DNA of 64,000 bases, taken from NCBI GenBank assembly GCA_040830765.1, contig JBFOMH010000019.1, positions 96,001 through 160,000 of the forward strand, read 5' to 3'. A model generated the notes under the pieces. That model had not been told where the DNA came from. It did not search any database and saw only the letters and a program-made list of their open reading frames with translations. Numbering within the stretch: position 1 is the first letter of the stretch; each line of letters starts with the position of its first letter. The position numbers and the translations under genes are program-made. The DNA is from Puniceicoccaceae bacterium (GTDB lineage: Bacteria; Verrucomicrobiota; Verrucomicrobiia; Opitutales; Oceanipulchritudinaceae). This document shows positions 52,501-55,236 of the stretch, one piece after another.

Positions 52501-55009
52501 ATCCTTGAAATCCCCGGCTGGCGGGATCGACATCGGTAACTCCCAATGCCGTGCTGGGGGCGAAATGGAATATTCCTGTCGATGCGAATGTCCCTGTTGG
52601 AGAGTTGTCGTATTCAAATTCTGTAAACAGGGTCCCGATCAATTCAGTCCCATCGTAAATCGCCCAACTTCCTGATGGATTTTCCTGCGTTGTGTATCCA
52701 TCAAACCCAACCAGTTCATAGGTCGAGCCCGACGGCTGTTGCCCGCCAAGGTTGACCTCAATGAAATCTCCTGTCCGTCCTTCAGTGAAAACGCCCCCCC
52801 CGAGACTGACATTGTCCAAATGCACCTCGGCCTGGATGGCGTTGTCACTACCTCCATCAAGTGAGACCTCGAGCCGATAGATCTCCCTACCTGCAAAGCC
52901 TGCCGGCAGATTAAGACGAAGTGACCGGAAAGCCCCATCCTGGGCAACAAGAGAAACCGAGGGCAAATGGATCACCGCTGAGTTGTCCGATGGTAAAAGG
53001 GCAATATTCAGGACATCATCTTGCGACGGACTGACTACTTGCAGATCCACGTGTAGTTCCGTGGCAAAACTGGGAATGTAGAACCAATTGTGGACCCTTG
53101 TCGCTGAGGCTTCATTGAGAATCAGGAAGTGGTTATTGCCGCGACCAAGACCAACACGGGCAGTCTCTCCACCACCGTGGTGGGACCAGCCAGGTTCGAT
53201 ATTAGTCGAATTGGAACTTTCCGGTTCTAAAGGTGGGGTCTCGAAATCACCATGCACAATCTCCAAAGGATCCCATTGAGGCGCCCAACGGACCTCGGTG
53301 AACTGCTGTTCCGACAATCCCAAAACGCGGAGTGCGTCTATGGCAGCAGAACCATCATCGTTTACCAGTTGGTCGGGGGTATTGTCGTGGTTCTGGGGAT
53401 TTGAACTTGCGTTGACATCGCCGAAGAAAACCGGATCCGGCCGCACAGCTGTGCTGGGCATGCTGTCCAATGACTTCGCCGCGGTGCTGTAGGCATATCC
53501 AGTATTGGAAAAAATAGGATTCAAGTCTGTCTCGGGCAAAATCGCACCTTTAGGAATCGTCCCCTGGATAGTCGCCATGTAAAATGTCGACCAGACCCAG
53601 CTGTGGTCGCCCCCAAAATCCTTAGCTAACAATTCGTACTTTTCAGGGAGATAGGGATCGACCAGGAAATTGTAAGCTCCTGGTATTGGCCGGCCTCCTG
53701 GTACTGCAATGCCTCCGATACTATTCTTGTTCTCAGTCTGGTAGTAGACGTCAGCGAATTCGACATTATCCCAAATGGTTGCCCCATACCCGTTTTGGAT
53801 CTGGAAAGTATCGTAGAGAATGGTGTTGAATTGCGGCAGCCCGATCCCAGATTGCCCCTGCAGTTCGTCAATAGGAATCAGGATCTGGTCGAAGTCATGA
53901 GGATCCAGGAAGGTAACGTGGTCGACAGGAACATCATACCGGGCAAGGCGCTCTACAGCTTCACTTGTGACTGCTGAGCCAAAACTGTGCGCGATGAAGT
54001 GCAGTGGAATGTCGTTGGCAGCTCCCAACTCAGGTTCTACCAAGCCCAGCCCGGTTAGCATTGAAAAAAGCGCATCGCCTGCTGCCTCCGTCCATCCGGA
54101 GGTGGGCTCATTTGACTCAACCGCCCAATCAAACAGGAGTATGAGGTGTCCAGATTGACCAACATCCAGAACTGGGTCCGGCAGAATACTTGAATTCACC
54201 TCAGTGCTCGATCGATCAAATCCTCCCGCACCTCCTTGGTCGACTAAATCATAATCCAGCAACCAGGCTTTCTGTACGGTATCACCATTTGAGGTTATTC
54301 TCTGGTGTATTGCCTGGGCCAACTTCCAGAGCGCATCCCCGGATTCTGCCCCATAGTCTTCCAACGCAGCTCGAAGTGAAGGCGTAAGTTCAGGATAGGA
54401 TTTTAGGATGAGATCTATCGTTCCCTCAAATCCCATTTGGAATCCGTGGGTAATCACGGTCACTCCCGTGATGACCAAGTCTTTTAGCTGAGTCGCAATC
54501 TCTTGCAACGACAATAAGGATTGGTCCACTGACTCGAATACTGGTCCATTGTATTGTTCGGATGGAGGCGCCCTCGGCATCAACGATCCAGAAGTTGACT
54601 GATCGGACAAATTTGTCCTGTCCGTTTGATCTCCGGATATACTGCCTGCAGCAGCTGAGTAACTGGTAGTATCCGACAAGAGGAATTGCTCTATGGCTTG
54701 CCCATCAAGTAGTTCAAGGCTCAATTCGGGACCGATCGCATTACCCTCGCTGGAAGTGTCAAAATTCTCCTTTTCCCCGAGAAGTTCCTGGTCTTCCACG
54801 TCGAAAATTCCGTGCTTGTGGGTATCAGACCCATTACCTGCAACGGATATTTCACTCTCAATATCTGCGCTAAATACCTCACTTGTTTGTGCCTGATCTT
54901 CGAAGATATCCTCTTGATAGCCAACAGGCATACCTTCTCCAGAAAGCAAGAGCCGGGGCTCAAGCCTCTCCAAATCGAAACTTCGTCGAGCTGGAATTTT
55001 CTTTGGCAC
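28574..55009 (-). CDS. Giant (8811 aa) LEPR-XLL/RTX-repeat surface protein with hydrolase, PG-binding, FG-GAP, ELWxxDGT, LRR, propeller and PKD-like modules
   Basis: Uninterrupted 26.4-kb ORF. N-terminal FDLERLEPRLLLSG, no Sec signal, many GGxGxDxL nonapeptides, GDINGDSYDDF-type FG-GAP repeats, many ELWRT[DN]G repeats, LRRs, and IDWGDG PKD-like repeats. Confidence 0.93.
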   Translation of the reverse strand: MPKKIPARRSFDLERLEPRLLLSGEGMPVGYQEDIFEDQAQTSEVFSADIESEISVAGNGSDTHKHGIFDVEDQELLGEKENFDTSSEGNAIGPELSLELLDGQAIEQFLLSDTTSYSAAAGSISGDQTDRTNLSDQSTSGSLMPRAPPSEQYNGPVFESVDQSLLSLQEIATQLKDLVITGVTVITHGFQMGFEGTIDLILKSYPELTPSLRAALEDYGAESGDALWKLAQAIHQRITSNGDTVQKAWLLDYDLVDQGGAGGFDRSSTEVNSSILPDPVLDVGQSGHLILLFDWAVESNEPTSGWTEAAGDALFSMLTGLGLVEPELGAANDIPLHFIAHSFGSAVTSEAVERLARYDVPVDHVTFLDPHDFDQILIPIDELQGQSGIGLPQFNTILYDTFQIQNGYGATIWDNVEFADVYYQTENKNSIGGIAVPGGRPIPGAYNFLVDPYLPEKYELLAKDFGGDHSWVWSTFYMATIQGTIPKGAILPETDLNPIFSNTGYAYSTAAKSLDSMPSTAVRPDPVFFGDVNASSNPQNHDNTPDQLVNDDGSAAIDALRVLGLSEQQFTEVRWAPQWDPLEIVHGDFETPPLEPESSNSTNIEPGWSHHGGGETARVGLGRGNNHFLILNEASATRVHNWFYIPSFATELHVDLQVVSPSQDDVLNIALLPSDNSAVIHLPSVSLVAQDGAFRSLRLNLPAGFAGREIYRLEVSLDGGSDNAIQAEVHLDNVSLGGGVFTEGRTGDFIEVNLGGQQPSGSTYELVGFDGYTTQENPSGSWAIYDGTELIGTLFTEFEYDNSPTGTFASTGIFHFAPSTALGVTDVDPASRGFQGFLTGNYRVNGGAARSFTIQVDRGYSQTGEFAVQAGTDALNVLRVQQRLNFLGFPSALGNELPLSGQIGSGTAHAIGLFNGAVSFKTSASAAIEHTPSNELLPTWLNDPNAPGWEQFSDNQSEGLDVQMGVDGKAQLEDWGTSWAAEIIYRAANLLESAGPALELRSASLRQGGDTPLHGPPDDQDDLHELGLQIDFEVPDNTPITFIEVSNRPFDENGNLRTDGSRTYTPFFGVLESDSTGQLMTYVAAPGGDSFVIVENPDGSYRAADSSVAGFDWSTALQAREAFYSEIILWEIADLLIDADKYDSSWIRTQFVALRDAAASSPASIDSIYFNDPRFWEGESLAVDGLTIDYRETNWGIYQVNFTPPPATEILSEPLQATILDGIRALVRVLSENIAASELAKEIPGLVELIQRDNGELAKAARSIYDLIEIYDKLNESLIQPIENYFSGDTAPTRFGLIETLKKQSFIHDGMEWSPILDENFEIVIEGGNEILFQNIVFKGQRTLDAALDLGDAADNLNIGLDLDSNTTVDLELALELAFTFGIDLSVDQVSSNAFFISSARNSEGAVLPLLSLSAKAVAGPDSNPIDVTARLGELKTQVDSANATLDFLLTTELNFVDPNSDGRVTVAEMLASSLDELIAMDCGDVRFDLNLPLIVKIGRYERKLDGFSTSIDTDLCIDPDTFFDFQFNPDWLKFDGLKSGDPGSGSFDFGRFSLFDGFDLLGLFDQLSGWFTQFGQGPAFSGFDFSFLKNLRLPDLGDITLPDVSLDKLLDFFRYIGELFDGLKLELGSPGFDSLQGIQLDFPAFSAIDFDMPSGVLTFQIDFRHTFEALTAELDFSEGLGDLVNISTDGTLSIVPELATNFVFGIRIPESRRELTSGTALSELNNDNGVRGVVPGLDDIGFQLADGTVFPISLDGLSTIGAVVDSILQAEGQFVPALAESLYDSRDDALDLNRFSLLDQVTGLVFRSGQDEHWLRFTLEEPGESGDSLTLEGFGLSELIIELIDNAGDTIRLTSGDLPEIDLRELEPGDYFLRVYGGDAGLAYNLKVSSSSGPATDTLHVGQNISVRLSGDSNNLAFQDLTDGAGTFSIIALNGSTAGAPGFGLGILSTDNDRDGLITGAPLLSNSLSENFFIRDFELSAEFGFQASDVDALADLQFFNVGIQDGSGSGRATLVIKAKDPSREMTFKEIWESVSKPEEALFEVGSYTDPGKTEFQARPSGTLNIELPVRLRPASLHNALVKEGTEPLIVVSWTDIFDVASLSVTLEDFPELDKLKELAFQKIVQGLRELQASIDEFENNDLFSQEIILLEKSINDLVDLSDVFGGIVDQIEGSGILTIADLERVLSNALFEISNGKERSSGLLAGPPVLNGGWSISGTESTFGAVTEFVIVEGIEDPGFIPVSLAFDPLTDVDAANNTIQFGTPHNLSEGDRIVFVRTFGSSDVTGLEDGKPYTAVIVDENTIRVRGEDDGEMVALGSPGNPTNTLVFEVDSESPLVAGNSYFIEFELLERNGDVGQLVLENVLEGQEDLVILQANEDLPGRYKVVWEQGQDAANLTIRATAGFAGVIDGLIVQSRSVSFEDNLLQVEFDFRDRGSQELPLNFNLAPLELGNIPSSLISAGGDLTLAHLIDLDFDFAIELSDPLSPQFYLRDSSQVTVGTKLDTDNLDFSAGFGGLGVHIVGGSVQLSNPNPQNPEDDLATWELTLNRGSFDLGNTGETSDSLYHLLVEMDSEVDLKQTLSGRLSASLPTFSPTKTNPIGSFELEVPSLEAFFVALFDDNVPLQSGVDGQYTYSLPDFQGALDEFLGDFTNAWGSITGGWDAFLAFLEDAVDREIFGIEIPLIGDQLKEASPFLSDLRSAMKGLGEPGTRDQLKERLLEALGPDNLNLLKDSDGDFDVDLDDILVVAENTNAENLEFNLLLGKSLEIIDPNDTPINVDLGLPGLGLDIDGSVQLELAFEFFLTFGINKNKGFYFGTNRTNELSIQLEAALPDLSARGTLLFLELDVADNGTEVSGHINIDLKDGGDGDGRLYLSELANSNGQLFSADLSVEAEIELHLLTSFAGNPRFPSLRTDLSVYWDFEGDENGRLPGSVPIIEFNNVAINAGSFFNDLFGPLLEDIDAFLDPVREPLKFLTNPLPALDQLGLRLSILDIASIFGEDTEYEGTINFIRSVVELAELADSLSASSERDGWIKMGDSDPSSPDFTIDGNHALDGQMSGKLNPENAKSGGSKLNELLGKGAGKDLEKSESLKFLFPLFETPALAFQLLMGKNVDLVVLDLPKFAINFPWELQPWIPIFPPWPVFLRMTAHVGAFADLSFGFDTKGIRTYIENGASDPADILDGLYIGDLDENGKDRPEFGLTAGFAATAEVNIFVAAAGVGGGIFSNIDLNLNDPDGDGRVRWSELERNLAVGPLWIFDVSGAITFDVFAYLKIGYETFIKFITIYEESLRYSATIINWNIPRPNTTPVLASNNEGVLTLHIGESAARRKPGGAGNAVVDAKDGDENFRVLPGATPDSVIVRAFGVEQSYSGVSRIVARAGQGNDSIYIDPGVVIPVVLHGGPGNDQLTAGGGNASLYGDEGVDVLLGGIAADYLDGGGGNDDLSGNGGNDLLIGGPGNDNLEGGAGNDTLRGLAGIDRLEGGFGDDWLDGGDGDDSLVGSLGNDDLLGGAGNDILIGNRGNDRLDGGPGDDDLQGDENNDQLIGGLGNDYLFGGRDFDTIWGDEPDDEVNGGDDIIWGGRGNDIIYGGAGNDRIFGGVDIGQYAVASVGAGSDRIIGGAGADTIYAGNDGKGSGVDTGNTIYGDLENSADPGGMPTEHSDTIFGDSGDDMIFAGFGDDMVYALQGDDLVLAGRGDDTIVAGSGRDSVFAGSGDDLVLGETGDDFLAGEIGDDRLSGGIGSDVIWGGFADLQREDFESTPESIAFELPRESLEAEARFPTGYDAPLIMPVAVLQVSLGGYFMDGQDSIDGGTGTDWIFGGGSVDTLFGGEGDDYIDGGAGNDEISGGGGDDIIRGGLNSDILHGDAGIDQLIGDPGADFLYGDAGDETTGATRGQRLFGGSGIDYLYAWAASIDPAREILLEGEQLFGGSDGDWLYGNLRQDVIDGGGGNDYIHGDYLAGPVYERNRDASISGGDDRLFGGTGEDQLYGGGGNDTLWGGADSDWLEGQNGLDNLYGGAWIDILVLDTEFDYTSEGGTFDGHFGNASENDVPDDNATDILQIRGTAYDDTIRIGQVSQDDNRLVVQILTVVKAESSTAPDSGISASGEASLFSLEVIAEWKDSSGNPLVEQFRIAGLSGDDIIEFVDEPGDFHPLDIGQLANRGANVKDFIGVIDGGSGDDTLTGTSGRDRIDGGEGSDTLYGLAGNDRLWGGETTASDDHDILYAGPGNDDLIGGSGTNELYAWSRNPHTEPFGIFLVDEQTGEILIDEQSGKPVLEDTGLNRMLGGKGNDKLYGGTGLDFMYGNGGDDTLYTRDGVAFENVESQFNERGDEWKLYAKSTDQVWYYSGTNLPDVIRVDYVTEPGLIGEHHLITRLTENNGNFTFDAEVQLSFFATDADGNRIWDQYDTLFGFSGIESSDAETRGIALAAADSESRKSEADRREARDLVNSLLPPEADFLAILIDALDGNDEVVVGPTVTKTVWVDGGDGDDVILINSGTPILIDKTEKQVFELPDETRLELRNDEPFVAVSTGGTTIQLTTAYELSDGIKGSTAFSGLTIDNPDDKDNYLFSIADGIVLNPGDAIVINSLSITDQIHFKLFEWTGTDWTAVTGGESTSDGRIDLYQEGTPIINPEGEYLLQVTSNRTPTRYEILFDLIATPDAVDLSASNNEFSSAHEIADIEFKERIAGLNLHDSAEQDADWFWFDIPEQGIQAQRLPDQLVKLVDLNDSGLTLALFNEFQEAIPSVGTGSELNLSNLDPGRYYLLVSGNPGRYELLTSIGRSGIDTEDLSAFEIQDLAPSLQVVRQDVLLGGNGNDVLIGGAYEDWIFGGDGNDVLSGGYDNQASDILWGGSGDDIFQIILDQLPLVESAGRGLNPTGGTFVPTLVDRLDGGDGEDQVLFLGGDYDRFGQPVPDHVAIRYNTVLHRYELTALLWDLANHRFVTEPAFGGGEQYAQHYAFYQAVNIESTVIDTRAGDDVVHGNPGYILNGSEWGIAPQARPQGATIAALTILGGDGNDLLFGGAEDDFIDGGDGNDYIAGGEGSDELFGGPGDDLVSGNSQQEDPYEWVLRNGVIGSNDELEFAAKLEDFTADSPIYATFNAGDGADWYLIRTPPHLEQMSLQAAKAGVQGAITVVFKGAAEQGIFEQEEIANLLIDVYAATYQDGIVQLSTDTVASPEYFLVRVRNVATFGLTGAEIQIDGEINERLVLFLTEGGGDIRVEESRPVLIDPNAFNFSTTTIDGRIDLLNASLQDTDWRDDFSITIGDYKDVFAYRYGNKIGLFPLDGSRLRISMGSGNIVREGSFFADGSPAEQPVSSTLISLPITEEPSSPWLGNEKSSIDLGTAYVRSDGAFSTRNPERGTIVQRLETIPGRTYAVFAEVWTISALHRVAQTTEFDFANPDFSTGKSVIDWDHSSGKFYGSFVAEGEVTFLLLQTEIDYYDAVAAFEEVVVMPIDEAGQVNPEFGFTSGQTNRLLEPAMGTYSISFNFDSGVFGTDLAGGGDGDPEFIEFSPATPLNILAGNEDNLPFAEGGTARGSLTISYNIGDINGDSYDDFMFREDPNARDQSEQFAYILFGPLESQNSPAIADTADIIVDIGSIGVPSEHMGDVDGDGIDDLIFLNAYSKDIGVITIIRGDGSAWPRDLSALTILDLPDDRIYQIQNVTAPEEVSIQAVNWNGDSDEDLLLTYQRAVERLENGGFLPDGGGWFLQGDAEYSEGYGLARTQLNNNWGGFYQQFDTIPGRVYTITGYVENLNPLQPWTVAVTGNLEVVGFHSGYFEATFLATSQASTISLLADYYFRTGPNNEPDPDGQPLVRFDDFSITETAAIVFSGDEVSRIGTFEFTEYILNDPGNLLARISGDSIYRQYGSSSLSSSNVGDVNGDGLEDVFFIDSAINRGYLVYGNAEGESGNLLELNPNTSGVEVWQSELFSTPFIEPRIYGLGDINKDGYDDFAVAHQHDLNHFVYEDGFIGGAFIIYGAQDLRADPQYPGDPFLSSYPVQGIRIGWEQGGLPKGALSVSAGDFNADGYIDLAIGEPRNRIYVGPDQSVSDSNGSVYIFHLDETTSQGIHTLSLQEPILRGTSYAPLFGTMPLAPVGDVDGDGIDDLLIGAAGYDSSEVINAGAIYLLPGERLKGFESTPPADTLSNLSVSGSGEFLIEDSRPLPKGILTENQSEGWYQFTTLGDGGAQDRISISPAHDPANSISFNGISNEAGRGATRFEFDLSPLLPYFSDGEESRIGTINLVIEFAQSFQFIVAGVATSQIELYALAVEGDGTASLDVQSSRTHLGDYTIRGGPTLFEVPTEHIRSFIEGGRTRIVFEIEFGGGSGDIIALPYHEARGISAFSKTGLSADISSRPGLLADLYSDTGDLIAASQAEISLAGLEAGHYFLRVFRAEPEIISGGINPGPAPSEPLDLFEFNGWLYFSAEDGRNGRELWRTNGSVTELVRDINPGVADSNPSGFVLFDGWLYFSASSYSSGNELWRTNGEITELYADINQGLDSSTPRRFTEFNGFLFFTADDGMNGPQLWRIDGSSVPTQPFTDINIGFGLLSGPLNLHPYNGFLYFTADDGESGRELWRTDGLTAPVDPFLDINPAGGSFPTKFMEFDGVLYFLAEDGNGSLPLWRTDGIETRPLSTTKPLELIDIDEYFIFNDGNADRIYMRVYDDNEGDYVLWHTVGQISDPENITLEAVQIQGAYIYNPDDFALFNNQLYFRGQDLDNHIHRTTADGIERVFALNPETNIPWQLNTPWGFTESNGWLYFGADSDLYDVDAGFDIPRFGEEIWRTDGDITELVSPLGSFGGISFGSGSVAWDGYDFEFTPLNGWTYFKANDGINGLELWRTNGSMTELVLREGFAEDYLPPADEVEITFSIEAPKRGEVPPTRFDNDVIYGGEGEDILDGNENRDRLFGESGLDVFVGEPVEIRDRANDAINGEELTVQPLAGESIIDSAIRERDPEVDIPDRNLRAAIATELGLPVTEGWDGLPVFRSPIHVSDLIGFKHLVASGFKLTQERYIRNLSGLEYTRSLNTLVLDFNQIRTIDALEELSELKMLSVDSNLLTNIDVLRNLRALEWLSLDDNGVFAKKVFDDGLLNEVISSAISPDGRLFVLHRLPTGNAQILVYDEGTGVFNNFAELPIGDYFIGTPPVFGADGKVYFISTSFDGETHLNKIYRFDGITSEPLPGPNEDPNGSVFSSVEGVFLRDLAVGPDGSIYASDGSNPRVFVISPFSGTILNQLSIDGTLLSGGASGFTGLVFGPDGNLYAAQGNDLRVIRFPGPGKSLANNASAEVFSETANFIYDLNFGPDGSMYFLNVLDSGGVVFRQGTVDSEDGLVADQGPVVHVTSTSAQETYANWYFDISSTGRLYVPDLGELHQISLLEAGLSSIGELEQLVTLSARGNGIIDISALAGLDKLEVLNLQDNRVSEVDVLIGQFIADNGDTEYSETGDGWSGGDHPGAYGGSYRLVPDAELTGEHMATWSFEGLPSGEYSIYVTWPSHESRSIDSRYSIGSVSLDGDEKPLGQHVVNQGFEPGSDDFNGRKWELLDTVAIYSGILTVTLDNSGNGSFAADSVRVKPADPWLENLQSVDLRGNPLDDHAQTLVETINAEEVHFDDNLQSPQLDDFPHIFAQPDEILNLDLPAIGVATIDPEGDSITFRAFTDNPAVLAWITENDELQISSLPGYTGSARITVIGYDRELSGRTDISTFAVSFGVSAVYDTIWNDLNGDGIRQVTEDGREGLLVYLDDNRNGQYEANEQITITNFKGAFAFSNIPNDSKPLVALLGLENYIVSGALDGPDSNRLAFLSLVEVSDLPYARDFIQFNDWLYFSADHIVNDVFYGRELWRTNGVVVELVSPEGSTTGINPLVVESDPSRSGSYPMGFTISNDGTQDWLYFTAKDGTHGAELWRTDGETTELVFDLLEGNFSSTPLNLTFFHDGQKDWLYFSGYTISTGTELWRTDGSKPELVKDVTEGGGHTIYGEFTAFHDGSKNWLYFSAGIDNGPPELWRTDGFTTEPVSGVYEYLSDLTPVSDETSQWLYFVAETPESGRELWRTDGSAPQLVGEIFDGPQGASLSNLTPFTDGENHWLYFRVTDSNSISKLWRTDGSQPVLATDLDLGPSGLVFDLTNFDDGTQNWLYFRAVDPENGAELWRTDGSSFMLVTDINPGPFNSYPFELKQFFDGARNWLYFRAADADHGYELWRTDGSKTELVADINPGVSGSVPISLTQFNNQLYFLANRANESGASLWRLGFHLQSAVWIDAFSQGNPLSGSVDEGETINISASHPLLSNPQYAWSVRLVGSENPLAGDFLTSNAGEAIFIPPDDGVYEIELQITADQGNYTAQQKVFVDNLDPVIGLSGVPNVSEGDPFRLIVEVTDPGDDEVLEVIIDWGDGIVDSFSELPVDGAFFHTYKDGFNSYSINVSVKDEDSLEHEYHLAGPLPIQVDNIPPTIVALGISQVFEGSLYSLEIGVNNPGEDAILSIEVDWGDGVIDTYPAQDFPGNGVVEHVYSDGPNAYSISVSVTDDDGTWMANGPAVTVMDFAPALQVTGPDVLSLSDEYVLFLDILDEGDDFVESVEIDWGDGNLKTITGPFSPSNGLARVTATHTYSMTGNYSISVIAVNDDGPWEVDDLQVTVVTLLLKSTELQREVGPQPPRFFEINDFDPNSSTSTVSIEELHSDGTDLTHQSDFSGKPLIDQALAVGMSNPVDSSTVTEPLYAPNSIRVDALSYRVTSEALPGESGHAEEATSRQVVMVEPVPVASYSGSLFELDSRLGSFSNLFPVIPEETSLIEDEEDMLDFNSLD
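30230..31530 (-). repeat. ELWxxDGT-type repeat block 2 (about 48-aa period) in the giant protein
   Basis: Recurring WLYFxAxDxxxGxELWRTDG units. Limits approximate. Confidence 0.85.
34450..35760 (-). repeat. ELWxxDGT-type repeat block 1 in the giant protein
   Basis: Recurring FNGWLYFSA..GRELWRTNG units. Limits approximate. Confidence 0.85.
39800..44900 (-). repeat. Hemolysin-type Ca-binding RTX repeat region of the giant protein
   Basis: Dense GGxGNDxLxG nonapeptides, densest at about 42950-44820. Limits approximate. Confidence 0.9.
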
Positions 55010-55236
55010 TGAAGGTCACGGAGAGCTACGCTTAGACCCTGTAAGGTCGCGAACAATACTTTCATATCAGCTCACCTCCAGTGGTCAAGAATTTACATTA
55101 ATACTATCTATTAAAATCGCTAATACTTAGGGCCTCCGCTTATCCCGACATCGTTGACTTTAGATGAGTCTTGGAGGAACCGATACGCCCCTCTTTCGAG
55201 GCCTCCAGGCAAGGTGAGCCGGTTAACCAAACCGGA

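Noticed and set aside
55140..55215. c-di-GMP-I riboswitch upstream of the giant gene
   Set aside because: Only a GAAA-capped stem resembles it. The conserved GCAAA elements are absent.
28361..55236. Integrative element or prophage inserted at tRNA-Ser
   Set aside because: No integrase, transposase or phage gene, and I saw no duplicated tRNA 3' end in the window.
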